NCBI GenBank assembly: GCA_045641205.1
Contig: JAZUGM010000392.1
Coordinates: 2,577-66,576, forward strand
Length of the DNA: 64,000 nt
Direction: 5' to 3'
Source of the DNA: Thermoguttaceae bacterium
GTDB taxonomy: Bacteria > Planctomycetota > Planctomycetia > Pirellulales > Thermoguttaceae
A program made the position numbers and the translations under genes. This document shows positions 18,298 to 26,902 of the stretch, piece after piece. The notes beneath the pieces were generated by a model. The model did not search any database, had not been told where the DNA came from, and saw only the letters and a list, made by a program, of their open reading frames with translations. Numbering within the stretch: the first letter of the stretch is position 1; each line of letters starts with the position of its first letter.

Positions 18298-19341
18298 ATG
18301 TCCAAACGCGCGGCAAAATCACACGCCTTTCCGAAGTTGCACAACGCGACTTGGCCTGGAGTCGTCGGCAAAGGCTCAGGCGACGGCGAACCTTGTATTA
18401 GTCTTGTCGAGATGCTCGATCTCACTAAAGGCGCCGACGTCGACGGCGTGAAATTCGACGGGTTCGATCTTTTCCTCGCGCCGCCGCACTTCGATTACGC
18501 GGATCGCGACGCCGAAATCGACAAGATCGTCAAGTATTGTTCCGACTACGGCTTTGAAGTCGGTTCGCTCGTCGCGAACGTTTGGGCGGGCTCCGCAATG
18601 GGCGACGAATCGCAACGCGCGAAATTCTTAGAAGAAGTCGAAAAAGGTTGCGACGTCGGGGCGCGTCTGCGTAAGGCGGGCGTTCGTCCGAACGGCTGCG
18701 TTCGCATCGATTCTTCTTGTTCCGTCGACGCTTGGGCGAAAGACCCTTGCGAAAATACGAAGCAAATCGTCGCGACGTTCAAAAAAGCCTGCGAAATCGC
18801 AATGAAGTACGACGAAATGCTCGCGCTTGAAGGCGAAGTCTGCTGGGGCGGCATGCACAGTTGGAAGCGTTGCGCGCAACTTATGGAAGAAGTCGACTTG
18901 CCGCAAGTTCTCGGGTTTCAAGCCGATATGTCGCACACGAATCTGTTCCTCCTTGGCGCCAACGCGCCCGAAGACAGGCTTCTGCCCGACGACTTCCAGT
19001 GGGGTCAAACGGAAGTTTACGACGAAGCGTACAAGAAAATGACGGATCGTCTGCGTCCTTGGGTCGTCGACTTCCACGTCGCGCAAAACGACGGCACCGT
19101 CTTCGGCTCCGGCGCGCACGACAAAACAGGGCGCCATTGCCTACCGAAAGACCCGAACGGCAAGTTAGACGTCGTAAAATACGCCAAATTCTGGCTTATG
19201 GAAGACGGAACGCCGACGCGTCGCTTCAACCATATTTGCTGGGACGGCTGTATGTTCCCGAACGCGGCAATGAAGAACCCGCAGACTTGGAACGACGTCC
19301 TTGAAACGATGCAAAACGTCCGCGTCGCGTGCGGCTGGTAG
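18298..19341 (+). CDS. sugar phosphate isomerase/epimerase (xylose isomerase-like TIM barrel)
   Basis: 347 aa; overall pattern (KLHNATWPGVVGKG.., GFDLFL.., LALEGEVCWGGMHSW, FHVAQNDG) resembles the AP-endonuclease-2/xylose-isomerase-like TIM family common in Planctomycetes. Confidence 0.7.
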   Translation: MSKRAAKSHAFPKLHNATWPGVVGKGSGDGEPCISLVEMLDLTKGADVDGVKFDGFDLFLAPPHFDYADRDAEIDKIVKYCSDYGFEVGSLVANVWAGSAMGDESQRAKFLEEVEKGCDVGARLRKAGVRPNGCVRIDSSCSVDAWAKDPCENTKQIVATFKKACEIAMKYDEMLALEGEVCWGGMHSWKRCAQLMEEVDLPQVLGFQADMSHTNLFLLGANAPEDRLLPDDFQWGQTEVYDEAYKKMTDRLRPWVVDFHVAQNDGTVFGSGAHDKTGRHCLPKDPNGKLDVVKYAKFWLMEDGTPTRRFNHICWDGCMFPNAAMKNPQTWNDVLETMQNVRVACGW

Positions 19342-19453
19342 CGCGCGTTTGAACGGATCGACGTCTTGTAAATCGTCAAAAAAAACGTATACTACACAAA
19401 TTAAAACGAATAACGATTCGTTTGTTTTCCCCCTTTTAAAGGAAAGGCTGTCA

Positions 19454-21712
19454 ATGACAAAATCGTTCTTACTGAAAGCCGCGACGATCCTGCTGGGCGT
19501 CGCCGCAACGACTACGGCGCTTTACGCCCAAGACTGGAAGCCGGTCGAAGGGACTCTTCTCTCGAAATTCGCGAAGGACGTCGATCCCGCGAAGCCGTGG
19601 CCTGAATATCCTCGTCCGCAAATGACGCGCGACGCGTGGGTCAATCTGAACGGTCTTTGGGACTATGCGATTCTGCCGGTCGACGCGAAATTTGAAGAAG
19701 CGCAAGGCAAGATTCTTGTCCCGTACTGCGCCGAATCCGCGCTCTCCGGCGTCGGCAAAAGAGTCGGCAAGGACAATAACCTTTGGTATAAAACGACGTT
19801 TGAAATTCCCGCCGACTGGGCTGGGCAAGACGTTCTGCTTCACTTTGGAGCGGTCGATTGGCGCGCCGACGTTTATTTGAACGGCGCCAAAATCTTCTCG
19901 CACCAAGGCGGATATTGCCCCTTCTCCGTCAATATGACGCGTTGGCTCAAAGCGGACGGCGCGCAAGAACTCGTCGTTAAAGTCTGGGATCCGACGAACG
20001 ACGGCGTTCAAGGTATCGGCAAGCAAGTCAACAATCCCGGCGGCATTTGGTACACGCCCGTCACCGGTATTTGGCAAACCGTCTGGATGGAACCCGTCGC
20101 CCCGTCTTACATTACGAAAGTTCGCCCCGTCTCAGACATTGACGACGGAACCGTGACCGTGTTCGTCGAAACGTGGAACGCCGACGGCGCGCAAGTCGTA
20201 ATCGGCGATCAAAAGGCGAAAGTCGTCTCTGGAAAAGCGACGCTTACGTTTGACGCGTCCGACAAAGAACTCTGGTGGCCGGATTCCCCGAAACTTTACG
20301 ATCTGAAAGTCGCGCTCGTCAAGGGCGGCGAAACGGTCGACGAAGTCGGAACCTACTATGCGATGCGCAAGACTTCGCTTGGTAAGGACGAAAAAGGAAT
20401 CACGCGAATGATGTTGAACAACACGTTCGTGTTCCAACACGGACCGCTCGATCAAGGTTGGTGGCCGGACGGACTCTACACGCCTCCGACCGAAGCCGGT
20501 ATGGTCTACGACCTTGAAGTCCTCAAATCCTTCGGCTTCAATATGCTTCGCAAACACATCAAAGTCGAGCCCGCGCGTTATTATTACGACTGCGATAAAA
20601 TGGGTATGATGGTTTGGCAAGATATGCCGAGCGGCGACACGAAACACTACATCGCCCCCAAAGACCCCGACGCCGAGCGTTCGCCGGAATCCGTCTCCTA
20701 TTACGAAGTCGAACTTCGTCAAATGTTTGACGCGCTTGATTTCTTCCCCTGCATTATGATGTGGATTCCCTTCAACGAAGGTTGGGGGCAATTTGACACG
20801 GCTCGCATAGTCGACCTTTGCCGATCGCTCGACTCCACGCGTCTCGTCAACTGCACGAGCGGTTGGTCTGATCGCGCTTGCGGCGACGTCCACGATATGC
20901 ACAATTATCCCGGTCCCGGTATGTTCCCAGCTGAAGAAAACCGCGCGACGGTTCTCGGCGAATACGGCGGTCTCGGTCTGCCCGTCAAGGGACACTCTTG
21001 GAAAGAAAACGGCAACTGGGGTTACGTCTCCTTCGACGATCAAGACGCGCTCTTCAAACGCTACAACGGCTTAAATCGCGCGATGCGCCCGTTGATCAAA
21101 GCCGGTCTTTCCGCCGCCGTCTACACGCAGACGACCGACGTTGAAATTGAAGTCAACGGCTTTATGTCTTACGACCGCGAAGTCATTAAGTACCCCGTCG
21201 ACAAAATGTTCAAGTCGAATACGTCGCTCCGCGAGCCCGCCCCGGAACAAAAGATCATTATCGGTTGTTCGAAAAACGAGGCCAAAGTCTGGAAGTATTC
21301 CTTCGAAGCGCCCGCCGATAATTGGAACGCCGCCGACTTCGACGACTCCGCTTGGAAAGAAGGCGAAGGCGGATTCGGCACGGAAGGCACGCCCGGCGCC
21401 GTCGTGCGCACTAAGTGGGATTCGAGCGATATTTGGATTCGTCGCGCCGTTGAATTGTCTGCGGAAGATATCGCCAATCCTGAAAATATGCTCGGTTATA
21501 TTTATCACGACGAAGACGCCGAAGTTTACGTCAACGGCGTTCAAGTTGGAAAATTTACCGGCTATCAGCGTTACTACTTCGCCGATCTTGACGTCGATGC
21601 GTTGAAATCCGCGCTCGTCGCCGGTAAGAACGTCGTCGCGATTCACTGCCGTCAAACGCAAGGCGGTCAGTATATCGACTTCGGTCTTATCAAGGAAGTC
21701 CCCGCGAAATAA
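19454..21712 (+). CDS. secreted glycoside hydrolase family 2 protein
   Basis: Start moved to ATG 19454 (MTKSFLLKAATILLGVAATTTALYAQ signal). VYLNGAKIFSHQGGYCPFSVNMT is the GH2 sugar-binding domain. FNMLRKHIKVEPARYYYDCDKMGMMVWQDMP and MWIPFNEGWGQ belong to the TIM barrel. A C-terminal beta-sandwich follows. Confidence 0.85.
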   Translation: MTKSFLLKAATILLGVAATTTALYAQDWKPVEGTLLSKFAKDVDPAKPWPEYPRPQMTRDAWVNLNGLWDYAILPVDAKFEEAQGKILVPYCAESALSGVGKRVGKDNNLWYKTTFEIPADWAGQDVLLHFGAVDWRADVYLNGAKIFSHQGGYCPFSVNMTRWLKADGAQELVVKVWDPTNDGVQGIGKQVNNPGGIWYTPVTGIWQTVWMEPVAPSYITKVRPVSDIDDGTVTVFVETWNADGAQVVIGDQKAKVVSGKATLTFDASDKELWWPDSPKLYDLKVALVKGGETVDEVGTYYAMRKTSLGKDEKGITRMMLNNTFVFQHGPLDQGWWPDGLYTPPTEAGMVYDLEVLKSFGFNMLRKHIKVEPARYYYDCDKMGMMVWQDMPSGDTKHYIAPKDPDAERSPESVSYYEVELRQMFDALDFFPCIMMWIPFNEGWGQFDTARIVDLCRSLDSTRLVNCTSGWSDRACGDVHDMHNYPGPGMFPAEENRATVLGEYGGLGLPVKGHSWKENGNWGYVSFDDQDALFKRYNGLNRAMRPLIKAGLSAAVYTQTTDVEIEVNGFMSYDREVIKYPVDKMFKSNTSLREPAPEQKIIIGCSKNEAKVWKYSFEAPADNWNAADFDDSAWKEGEGGFGTEGTPGAVVRTKWDSSDIWIRRAVELSAEDIANPENMLGYIYHDEDAEVYVNGVQVGKFTGYQRYYFADLDVDALKSALVAGKNVVAIHCRQTQGGQYIDFGLIKEVPAK

Positions 21713-21817
21713 CGACGCGCGTTCGACTTCGTACTTAAAAGCGTAGTCGCTCGAACGCTCGTCTCGCGCGCGTTCGGGCGATTTTTGTTGAAAAACGTCG
21801 ACTCAAGGAACGTCGTT

Positions 21818-23131
21818 ATGCTTCAAACGTCCTTTGAAAAACGTTCGTTGTTCGAAATTTGCGATTTCAATTTGGAAGAAGACGCGTGGGAACGTCTCGA
21901 CGAAACTTTCGGCGAGACGATGACGCACGACAAATTCTTCACGATTATGCTAATCGACAAATTGACGGCGCAACTTCTTTTCAAATATACGCTCGATCCC
22001 GATCTCCTCGTTCAACTTGACTTGTCGACGCTCGAAATCAAAAGAACGCGAATGCTCGACGCCGAAGGAAAAGAATGCGTCGGGGATTTGTTCTTTACCG
22101 TAAAATTCGTCGATAAGAAAGCGCGAAAAGGACGACGCGCCGTCTTCGCGCTAATTGTCGAACACAAATCGGACGAAGGATTCTATATTTCGATCCAGCT
22201 CTTGGGGTACGTTTGGGCTTGGCTCGATTATATGAAGGATCACAAAGAAGAGTACGCCGACGAAGAAGGACGCTTGCCCGTTCCTTACGCCTTGGTCTTT
22301 TCGCAAGACTGGCGCGAATCGTCCCCAAAATATCTGAACGACGTTACCTTTTGCGCGCCCGGTTGTGAAAACACGGTTCCCAATTTTTGGTATCGTTGCG
22401 TTCGCGTTCGCGATTTGCCGTTCGAGGAAATTCGTCGTTGCGAACCGTTGTTGCAAGGTTTCCTGTATCTGGAACGGCTCGCAAAAAACAAGTCGGTCTC
22501 GCAGGAACAGGAACTTGACGAACTCGCGCAAATTTTCGGCGATTTGTGCGCTATGCAATTAGACGCGCGAATTCGGCGCGGAATCGTCGCTTGCTTTAAT
22601 TATCTCGCGGCTTTGAAAAAATTTCGACCGCAAACGACGACGTTGGGGCAATTAATCAACAAAATCGAAAAAAGAGAGGGCAAACCTATGGACGTTTCGT
22701 TCCTTGAAGAAGCGTTTCCAACGCAACTCAAAGTATACGTGGCAGATTACCAAAAAAAAGCGGAAGAAAAATATGATTTGGTCGTAGAAGAACGCAACCA
22801 AGCGCGAGAAAGAGCGGAAAAAGCGGAAGAAGAACGTAACAAGGTCGTTGAAAAATGTAACAAGGTCGTTGAAGAACGAGACAAGGTCGTTGAAGAACGA
22901 GACAAAGTCGTTGAAAAATGTAACAAGGTCGTTGAAGAACGAGACAGAACCATCCAAAAATTTAAAGAGTACTTATTGGAACAAGTGTCAAAAAAATACG
23001 AAGCCCAGTGTCGTCAAACGTTGACTGCCAAAATCCAGTCTGCCCAATCGCTAGACGCGCTCTTTGATATTCAGAGATTGTTACAACGCTTCAATTCTAT
23101 CGAAGAAATAGAACAAAACCTCGACAATTAA
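21818..23131 (+). CDS. Rpn-family recombination-promoting nuclease / putative transposase (PD-(D/E)xK, Transposase_31-like) with coiled-coil tail
   Basis: THDKFFTIML.., GDLFFTVKF and AVFALIVEHKSDEGFYISIQLLGYVWAWLDY (D...E-H-K) match the YhgA/Rpn core. ATG 21818 has AAGGAA upstream; the start is uncertain (21785 TTG or 21920 ATG also possible). Confidence 0.75.
   Translation: MLQTSFEKRSLFEICDFNLEEDAWERLDETFGETMTHDKFFTIMLIDKLTAQLLFKYTLDPDLLVQLDLSTLEIKRTRMLDAEGKECVGDLFFTVKFVDKKARKGRRAVFALIVEHKSDEGFYISIQLLGYVWAWLDYMKDHKEEYADEEGRLPVPYALVFSQDWRESSPKYLNDVTFCAPGCENTVPNFWYRCVRVRDLPFEEIRRCEPLLQGFLYLERLAKNKSVSQEQELDELAQIFGDLCAMQLDARIRRGIVACFNYLAALKKFRPQTTTLGQLINKIEKREGKPMDVSFLEEAFPTQLKVYVADYQKKAEEKYDLVVEERNQARERAEKAEEERNKVVEKCNKVVEERDKVVEERDKVVEKCNKVVEERDRTIQKFKEYLLEQVSKKYEAQCRQTLTAKIQSAQSLDALFDIQRLLQRFNSIEEIEQNLDN
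22838..22942 (+). repeat. in-frame 21-bp tandem repeat x5 (heptads NKVVEKC/NKVVEER/DKVVEER)
   Basis: aacaaggtcgttgaaaaatgt / aacaaggtcgttgaagaacga / gacaaggtcgttgaagaacga... read directly. The truncated paralogous copy downstream has only one unit. Confidence 0.9.
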
Positions 23132-23185
23132 TTTGTCGTTTAGGTCTTGTCAAAATATCGCTCCCAAACTTCGACGTCGAGTTAA

Positions 23186-23581
23186 CTGATCGATCGAATC
23201 GAAAAAAGAGAGGGTAAACCTATGGACGTTTCGTTCCTTGAAGAAGCGTTTCCAACGCAACTCAAAATATATATGGCTGATTACCAAAAAAGAGCGGATG
23301 AAAAATATGATTTGGTCGTAGCAGAACGAGACCAAGCGCGAGAAAGAGCAAAAAAAGCGGAAGAAGAACGAGACAAGATCGTTGAAGAACGCGATAGAAT
23401 CATCCAAAAATTTAAAGAGCGCTTATTGGAACAAGTTTCAAAAAAGCGCGAATCCCAATCTCGTCAAACGTTGATTGCTAAAATCCAGTCTGTCAAATCG
23501 TTGGACGCGCTCCTTGATATTCAAAGTTTATTACAACGCTTCAAAAACCTCGAAGAAATTGAACGAAACTTGGTTCAATAG
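23186..23581 (+). pseudogene. 3' fragment of a second Rpn-family gene (duplicate of 22650-23131)
   Basis: From an in-frame TAA at 23183 the frame reads LIDRIEKREGKPMDVSFLEEAFPTQLKIYMADYQKRADEKYDLVV.., colinear with ..LINKIEKREGKPMDVSFLEEAFPTQLKVYVADYQKKAEEKYDLVV.. of the full gene. No nuclease domain upstream. Confidence 0.6.
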
Positions 23582-23703
23582 TCGTCGCGTTTGTTCGTTC
23601 TTTTTCGCTTGAATAAAAAATCGTAATTGTCGCCGCCGTTTGCAAATCGGCGTTTTATTCATAGTCGCGTCGTTCGCGCGCGACTTAACAAGGAACCTTC
23701 GTT

Positions 23704-24561
23704 ATGAAAAAATATCTTCCGTTTGTCTTGATTTTTGCCCTTTCGTTCTTCGTGAGCCAAACCTTTGCGGACGACGGTCAAACTTCTTCCCCGTCGACCT
23801 ATCCGGGTCAAGTCGGCGAATGGTTCGGGTTCGAACTTCACGACTTCCAATTTGAAGGTCGCGCGGCAAAGCTGGTCTTTCCAAAAGAACAAGCGCCGGG
23901 CAAGCCTTGGATTTGGCGCGCGCGTTTCTTCGGGCACGAACCTCAATTTGACGTCGCGATGTTGAACAAAGGCTATACGCTCGCTTACGTCGACTCCGCG
24001 CCGCTTATGGGCTCGCCAAAATCGGTCGCGCTCTGGCAACGTTTCTATACGTATCTTCGCACGGAGTTCCAACTCTCCAAAACGACCAATTTGGAAGGAA
24101 TGAGCCGCGGCGGTCTCTACACGACCAAATGGGCGTTCGAATATCCAGACGAAGTCGCGTCCATTTATATCGACAACCCCGTCCTTGATTTTAAAAGCTG
24201 GCCCGGCGCTTTCGGAAAAGGCGCGCGTAGCGACGGAGATTGGAAAGACGTCCTTGCAAGTTACGAAATGACGGAAGAAGAAGCGCTCGCCTACAAAGGC
24301 AATCCGATCGACAACAAAGAAGGCTGTCAGAAACTCGCCGACGCCGGGGTCGGAATTTTGCTCGTTTGTGGCGATTCCGATACGGTCGTACCCGGCGACG
24401 AAAACTGGGCGCCCTTTAAAAAGCTCTACGAATCAGTCGGAGGTCAAATCGAATTGATTCTCAAACCGGGCAACGATCACCATCCGCATTCGCTCAAAGA
24501 CCCGACGCCTATCGTCGAGTTCGTCGCCAAATTTGACAAAACGATCAAGAATGCGAAATAA
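23704..24561 (+). CDS. secreted alpha/beta hydrolase (esterase-like)
   Basis: Signal MKKYLPFVLIFALSFFVSQTFA. Nucleophile elbow GMSRGG; later CGDSDTVVP and DHHPHS are consistent with an Asp/His triad. Confidence 0.75.
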   Translation: MKKYLPFVLIFALSFFVSQTFADDGQTSSPSTYPGQVGEWFGFELHDFQFEGRAAKLVFPKEQAPGKPWIWRARFFGHEPQFDVAMLNKGYTLAYVDSAPLMGSPKSVALWQRFYTYLRTEFQLSKTTNLEGMSRGGLYTTKWAFEYPDEVASIYIDNPVLDFKSWPGAFGKGARSDGDWKDVLASYEMTEEEALAYKGNPIDNKEGCQKLADAGVGILLVCGDSDTVVPGDENWAPFKKLYESVGGQIELILKPGNDHHPHSLKDPTPIVEFVAKFDKTIKNAK

Positions 24562-24594
24562 TTAATGACAAAGAGGCGCGCCGCCAATATGTAG

Positions 24595-24637
24595 AACCGA
24601 GGAGAGCGTCTTATATTTCGCCTCCTCGGTTGTTTTC
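24595..24637 (+). terminator. intrinsic terminator
   Basis: Perfect 10-bp stem aaccgaggag / ctcctcggtt (17-nt loop) followed by gttttc. Confidence 0.55.
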
Positions 24638-24734
24638 TAATCTATTTATTTTCGATAATCTACCTTTTTGCTACATTCTTAGACTCAAAAGTTCAGTATC
24701 TGTCTTTTCGTTTTTAAAAAATTGCAAAAAGACC

Positions 24735-24762
24735 TTGAATATTCTAAAAAGTTAGATATTAT
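24735..24762 (+). promoter_or_regulatory. sigma70-like promoter candidate for the XRE gene
   Basis: TTGAAT-16 nt-TATTAT immediately upstream of the four tandem repeats. Confidence 0.3.
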
Positions 24763-24771
24763 ATAAAGATG

Positions 24772-24868
24772 AATATTTCGCCTTGTTACAAGACCAATAT
24801 TTCGCCTTGTTACAAGACCAATTATTTCACCTTGTAACAAGACCAATTATTTCACCTTGTAACAAGAC
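24772..24868 (+). repeat. four tandem direct repeats (24/24/25/24 bp), each with an 11-bp palindrome CTTGT(T/A)ACAAG; candidate operators or iterons
   Basis: aatatttcgccttgttacaagacc x2, then aattatttcaccttgtaacaagacc and aattatttcaccttgtaacaagac (25 then 24 bp). Located between the putative promoter and the RBS of the HTH gene at 24910. Confidence 0.9.
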
Positions 24869-24909
24869 GTTACGAGGAAATAATCAAACCAAAAGAGGGA
24901 AGGCATAAA

Positions 24910-25278
24910 ATGGAAATCGGCGAGCGTATCAGAACTTTGCGCAACGATTTAAAACTGACGCAAGCGGCGTTTGGAGAAAAGATAGACGTAAAAGGCGGAG
25001 TCGTTTCCGCTTGGGAAAAGGGAACGGCAAAGGTGCCGTATGGTCGCGTTCTAATGATTTGCGAAAAATACGACGTCAACGAAGAATGGCTCTCCACTGG
25101 CGTCGGAACGCGACAAAAGCAAAAACAGTCCCACAAGTCGTTGCAAGAAAACGTCGAAGCGTATATTTTCGCGTTCCTTGACCAAGCGCCGCAAGGAACG
25201 CAACGAGAAGCCGTCGCAATTTGCCGCGCCGTCCTCGCTCGCTACGGAGAAAGGGCGCGCGACGCTCAAGTCTATTAA
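24910..25278 (+). CDS. XRE-family helix-turn-helix transcriptional regulator
   Basis: MEIGERIRTLRNDLKLTQAAFGEKIDVKGGVVSAWEKGTAKVP is a classic Cro/C1 HTH; RBS AGAGGGAAGG upstream. Confidence 0.85.
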   Translation: MEIGERIRTLRNDLKLTQAAFGEKIDVKGGVVSAWEKGTAKVPYGRVLMICEKYDVNEEWLSTGVGTRQKQKQSHKSLQENVEAYIFAFLDQAPQGTQREAVAICRAVLARYGERARDAQVY

Positions 25279-25302
25279 AGAAACATCAACAAGACGCCAA
25301 AA

Positions 25303-25500
25303 TCAACGAGCCGCCAAAACACGCTCCAACGCGCGGAAATCTTCACGTTGCAGACGAGCGCAGGCGTTATGAGCCGATTCGTTAGGATCATATTGATCGA
25401 AATCTGGCTCGGCTTGTCGGTTCGTCCCGCATAAACTCGTTTGAACGGAGGTCGACGCGCGTTTGGTCGTATTATCAAAGGTGGAAATAGTCGAGGTCAT
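25303..25500 (-). CDS. small hypothetical protein (65 aa), convergent with the XRE gene
   Basis: ATG 25500 preceded by AGGAGAAAGAG; MTSTISTFDNTTKRASTSVQTSLCG...REDFRALERVLAAR. No family recognised. Confidence 0.3.
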   Translation of the reverse strand: MTSTISTFDNTTKRASTSVQTSLCGTNRQAEPDFDQYDPNESAHNACARLQREDFRALERVLAAR

Positions 25501-25616
25501 TATTCTCTTTCTCCTATGCAAAGCGCGCGACGAAAAGGACGACGCGCGGCAATTTGACTCCGAAAATCGGTAGTCGTAAGTATACGATATTTTCGGCGCG
25601 CCGCTCGCCCTTTTTT

Positions 25617-25646
25617 GAAAAAAACGCCGACTCCTCGGCGTTTTTC
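25617..25646. terminator. bidirectional hairpin terminator-like element
   Basis: aaaaaaacgccga-ctcc-tcggcgttttt: 8-bp stem with an A-run on one side and a T-run on the other. Confidence 0.45.
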
Positions 25647-26004
25647 AGAAACTTCAAACGCGTTAATCGCGTTATCTAAACGATCTGTTTTTTCCGATAA
25701 GTTCCCGTCGTTCATTACGATCGACAGACCGTTCGTTTCTATCTGCGTATGTCTTAGCGTTTTATTCTGTTTTGCCTATATCCTATACTTTACCCGTTTT
25801 ATCCCAAAAGGAAATATCCAATTGACGCATACAAAAGGAAATTCCTTTACCATTACCGTTTATATCCCCCTCTTGCGCGAATGAGTTCCGACGCGTGAAA
25901 CAGTTGTGCCGTACGATTTCATTATAACGATTCAAAACGCCTTAACAAGCCTCGAAGCTCAGTAAACTTTTGGGTATTGTTTGACGTCGAGATTGCATCG
26001 TCTT

Positions 26005-26901
26005 TCAATTCTTGTCAAAAAGTCGCAAAATTTTTTCACGGCAAGACGGTCTGTTCCAAGAGCGCCAATGTTCTTTCCATCCTTCGATAATTTCTTCGTC
26101 GGGCGGAACCAATTTCGATGCGAAAAGTCGTTTCGTTTCTCGAAGCGATTCGAAATCGCGATCCTTGAGAAAAAGTTCCGAAACATTCCGAATTTTTGCC
26201 AATTCGTCGGACGTTTCTTCCACGTCGTCGATCACGTCGACGATTCCAAGAGCGGTCCTAGCAAATTCGGCGTCGACGCGTTTGCACGTCAAGACGACCT
26301 CGCGCAATTTGGAAATTGGACACCTACGGCTAAGAAACGGGAAAAGCAACGTCGGATAAAAACCAAAGGAAACTTCGGAAAACCAGAGTCGAAACGTTCT
26401 TGATGCGGAAACGTAATCGCAAGCGGTCAAAAGACCGGCGCCGCCCCCGCAAGCGATTCCTCGCGCGCGTCCGACGACGATTTGGGGCAAAAGCTGAATA
26501 CGCTTCATTATTTCCTGAACGATACGCGGCATTATTCGTCCCCGTTCGATTCGCTCGCCGGGTAAAAGAGAAACGCCCAACGCGTCTAAATCGAGAAAAG
26601 CCAATTCCTCGTAAGAAATCGGGGCGCCGTCGGACGCTTCGCGTAAATCAAGACCCGCGCAAAAATTTGCGCCTTCGCCGGTCAAGACGACGATGCGAAT
26701 CGTATCGCTTTGTTCAACGCGTCGCAATTCGAGCGACAACGCTTTCAACGTTTCAAAAGAAAGGGCGTTCAATTTCTCGGGCCGAGCTAGCGTTATCGTC
26801 TCGACGCCCCGTTCGTCAGTCGTACAATAGAGGTTGGCGCTGTGAAAATCGTCAAAATCGCGCATTGACGCTACGCTCCTGTGTTCGTTATAATCGCACA
26901 A
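26005..26901 (-). CDS. enoyl-CoA hydratase/isomerase (crotonase) family protein
   Basis: ITLARPEKLNALSFETLKAL...VVLTGEGANFCAGLDL and ..GIACGGGAGLLTACDY are crotonase oxyanion-hole blocks. TTG start directly after the recombinase stop. Confidence 0.85.
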   Translation of the reverse strand: MCDYNEHRSVASMRDFDDFHSANLYCTTDERGVETITLARPEKLNALSFETLKALSLELRRVEQSDTIRIVVLTGEGANFCAGLDLREASDGAPISYEELAFLDLDALGVSLLPGERIERGRIMPRIVQEIMKRIQLLPQIVVGRARGIACGGGAGLLTACDYVSASRTFRLWFSEVSFGFYPTLLFPFLSRRCPISKLREVVLTCKRVDAEFARTALGIVDVIDDVEETSDELAKIRNVSELFLKDRDFESLRETKRLFASKLVPPDEEIIEGWKEHWRSWNRPSCREKILRLFDKN

Positions 26902-26902
26902 G

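Noticed and set aside
24772-24868. Possible CRISPR array
   Set aside because: The four units are directly adjacent, with no spacers between them. They are only 24-25 bp long and sit in a promoter-to-RBS interval. No cas genes are present, so they are tandem operators or iterons instead.
25615-25884. 89-aa ORF with a hydrophobic stretch in the AT-rich spacer
   Set aside because: It starts inside the bidirectional hairpin, has no RBS, and its codon usage is unlike the rest of the window. It is kept only as a very weak possibility.
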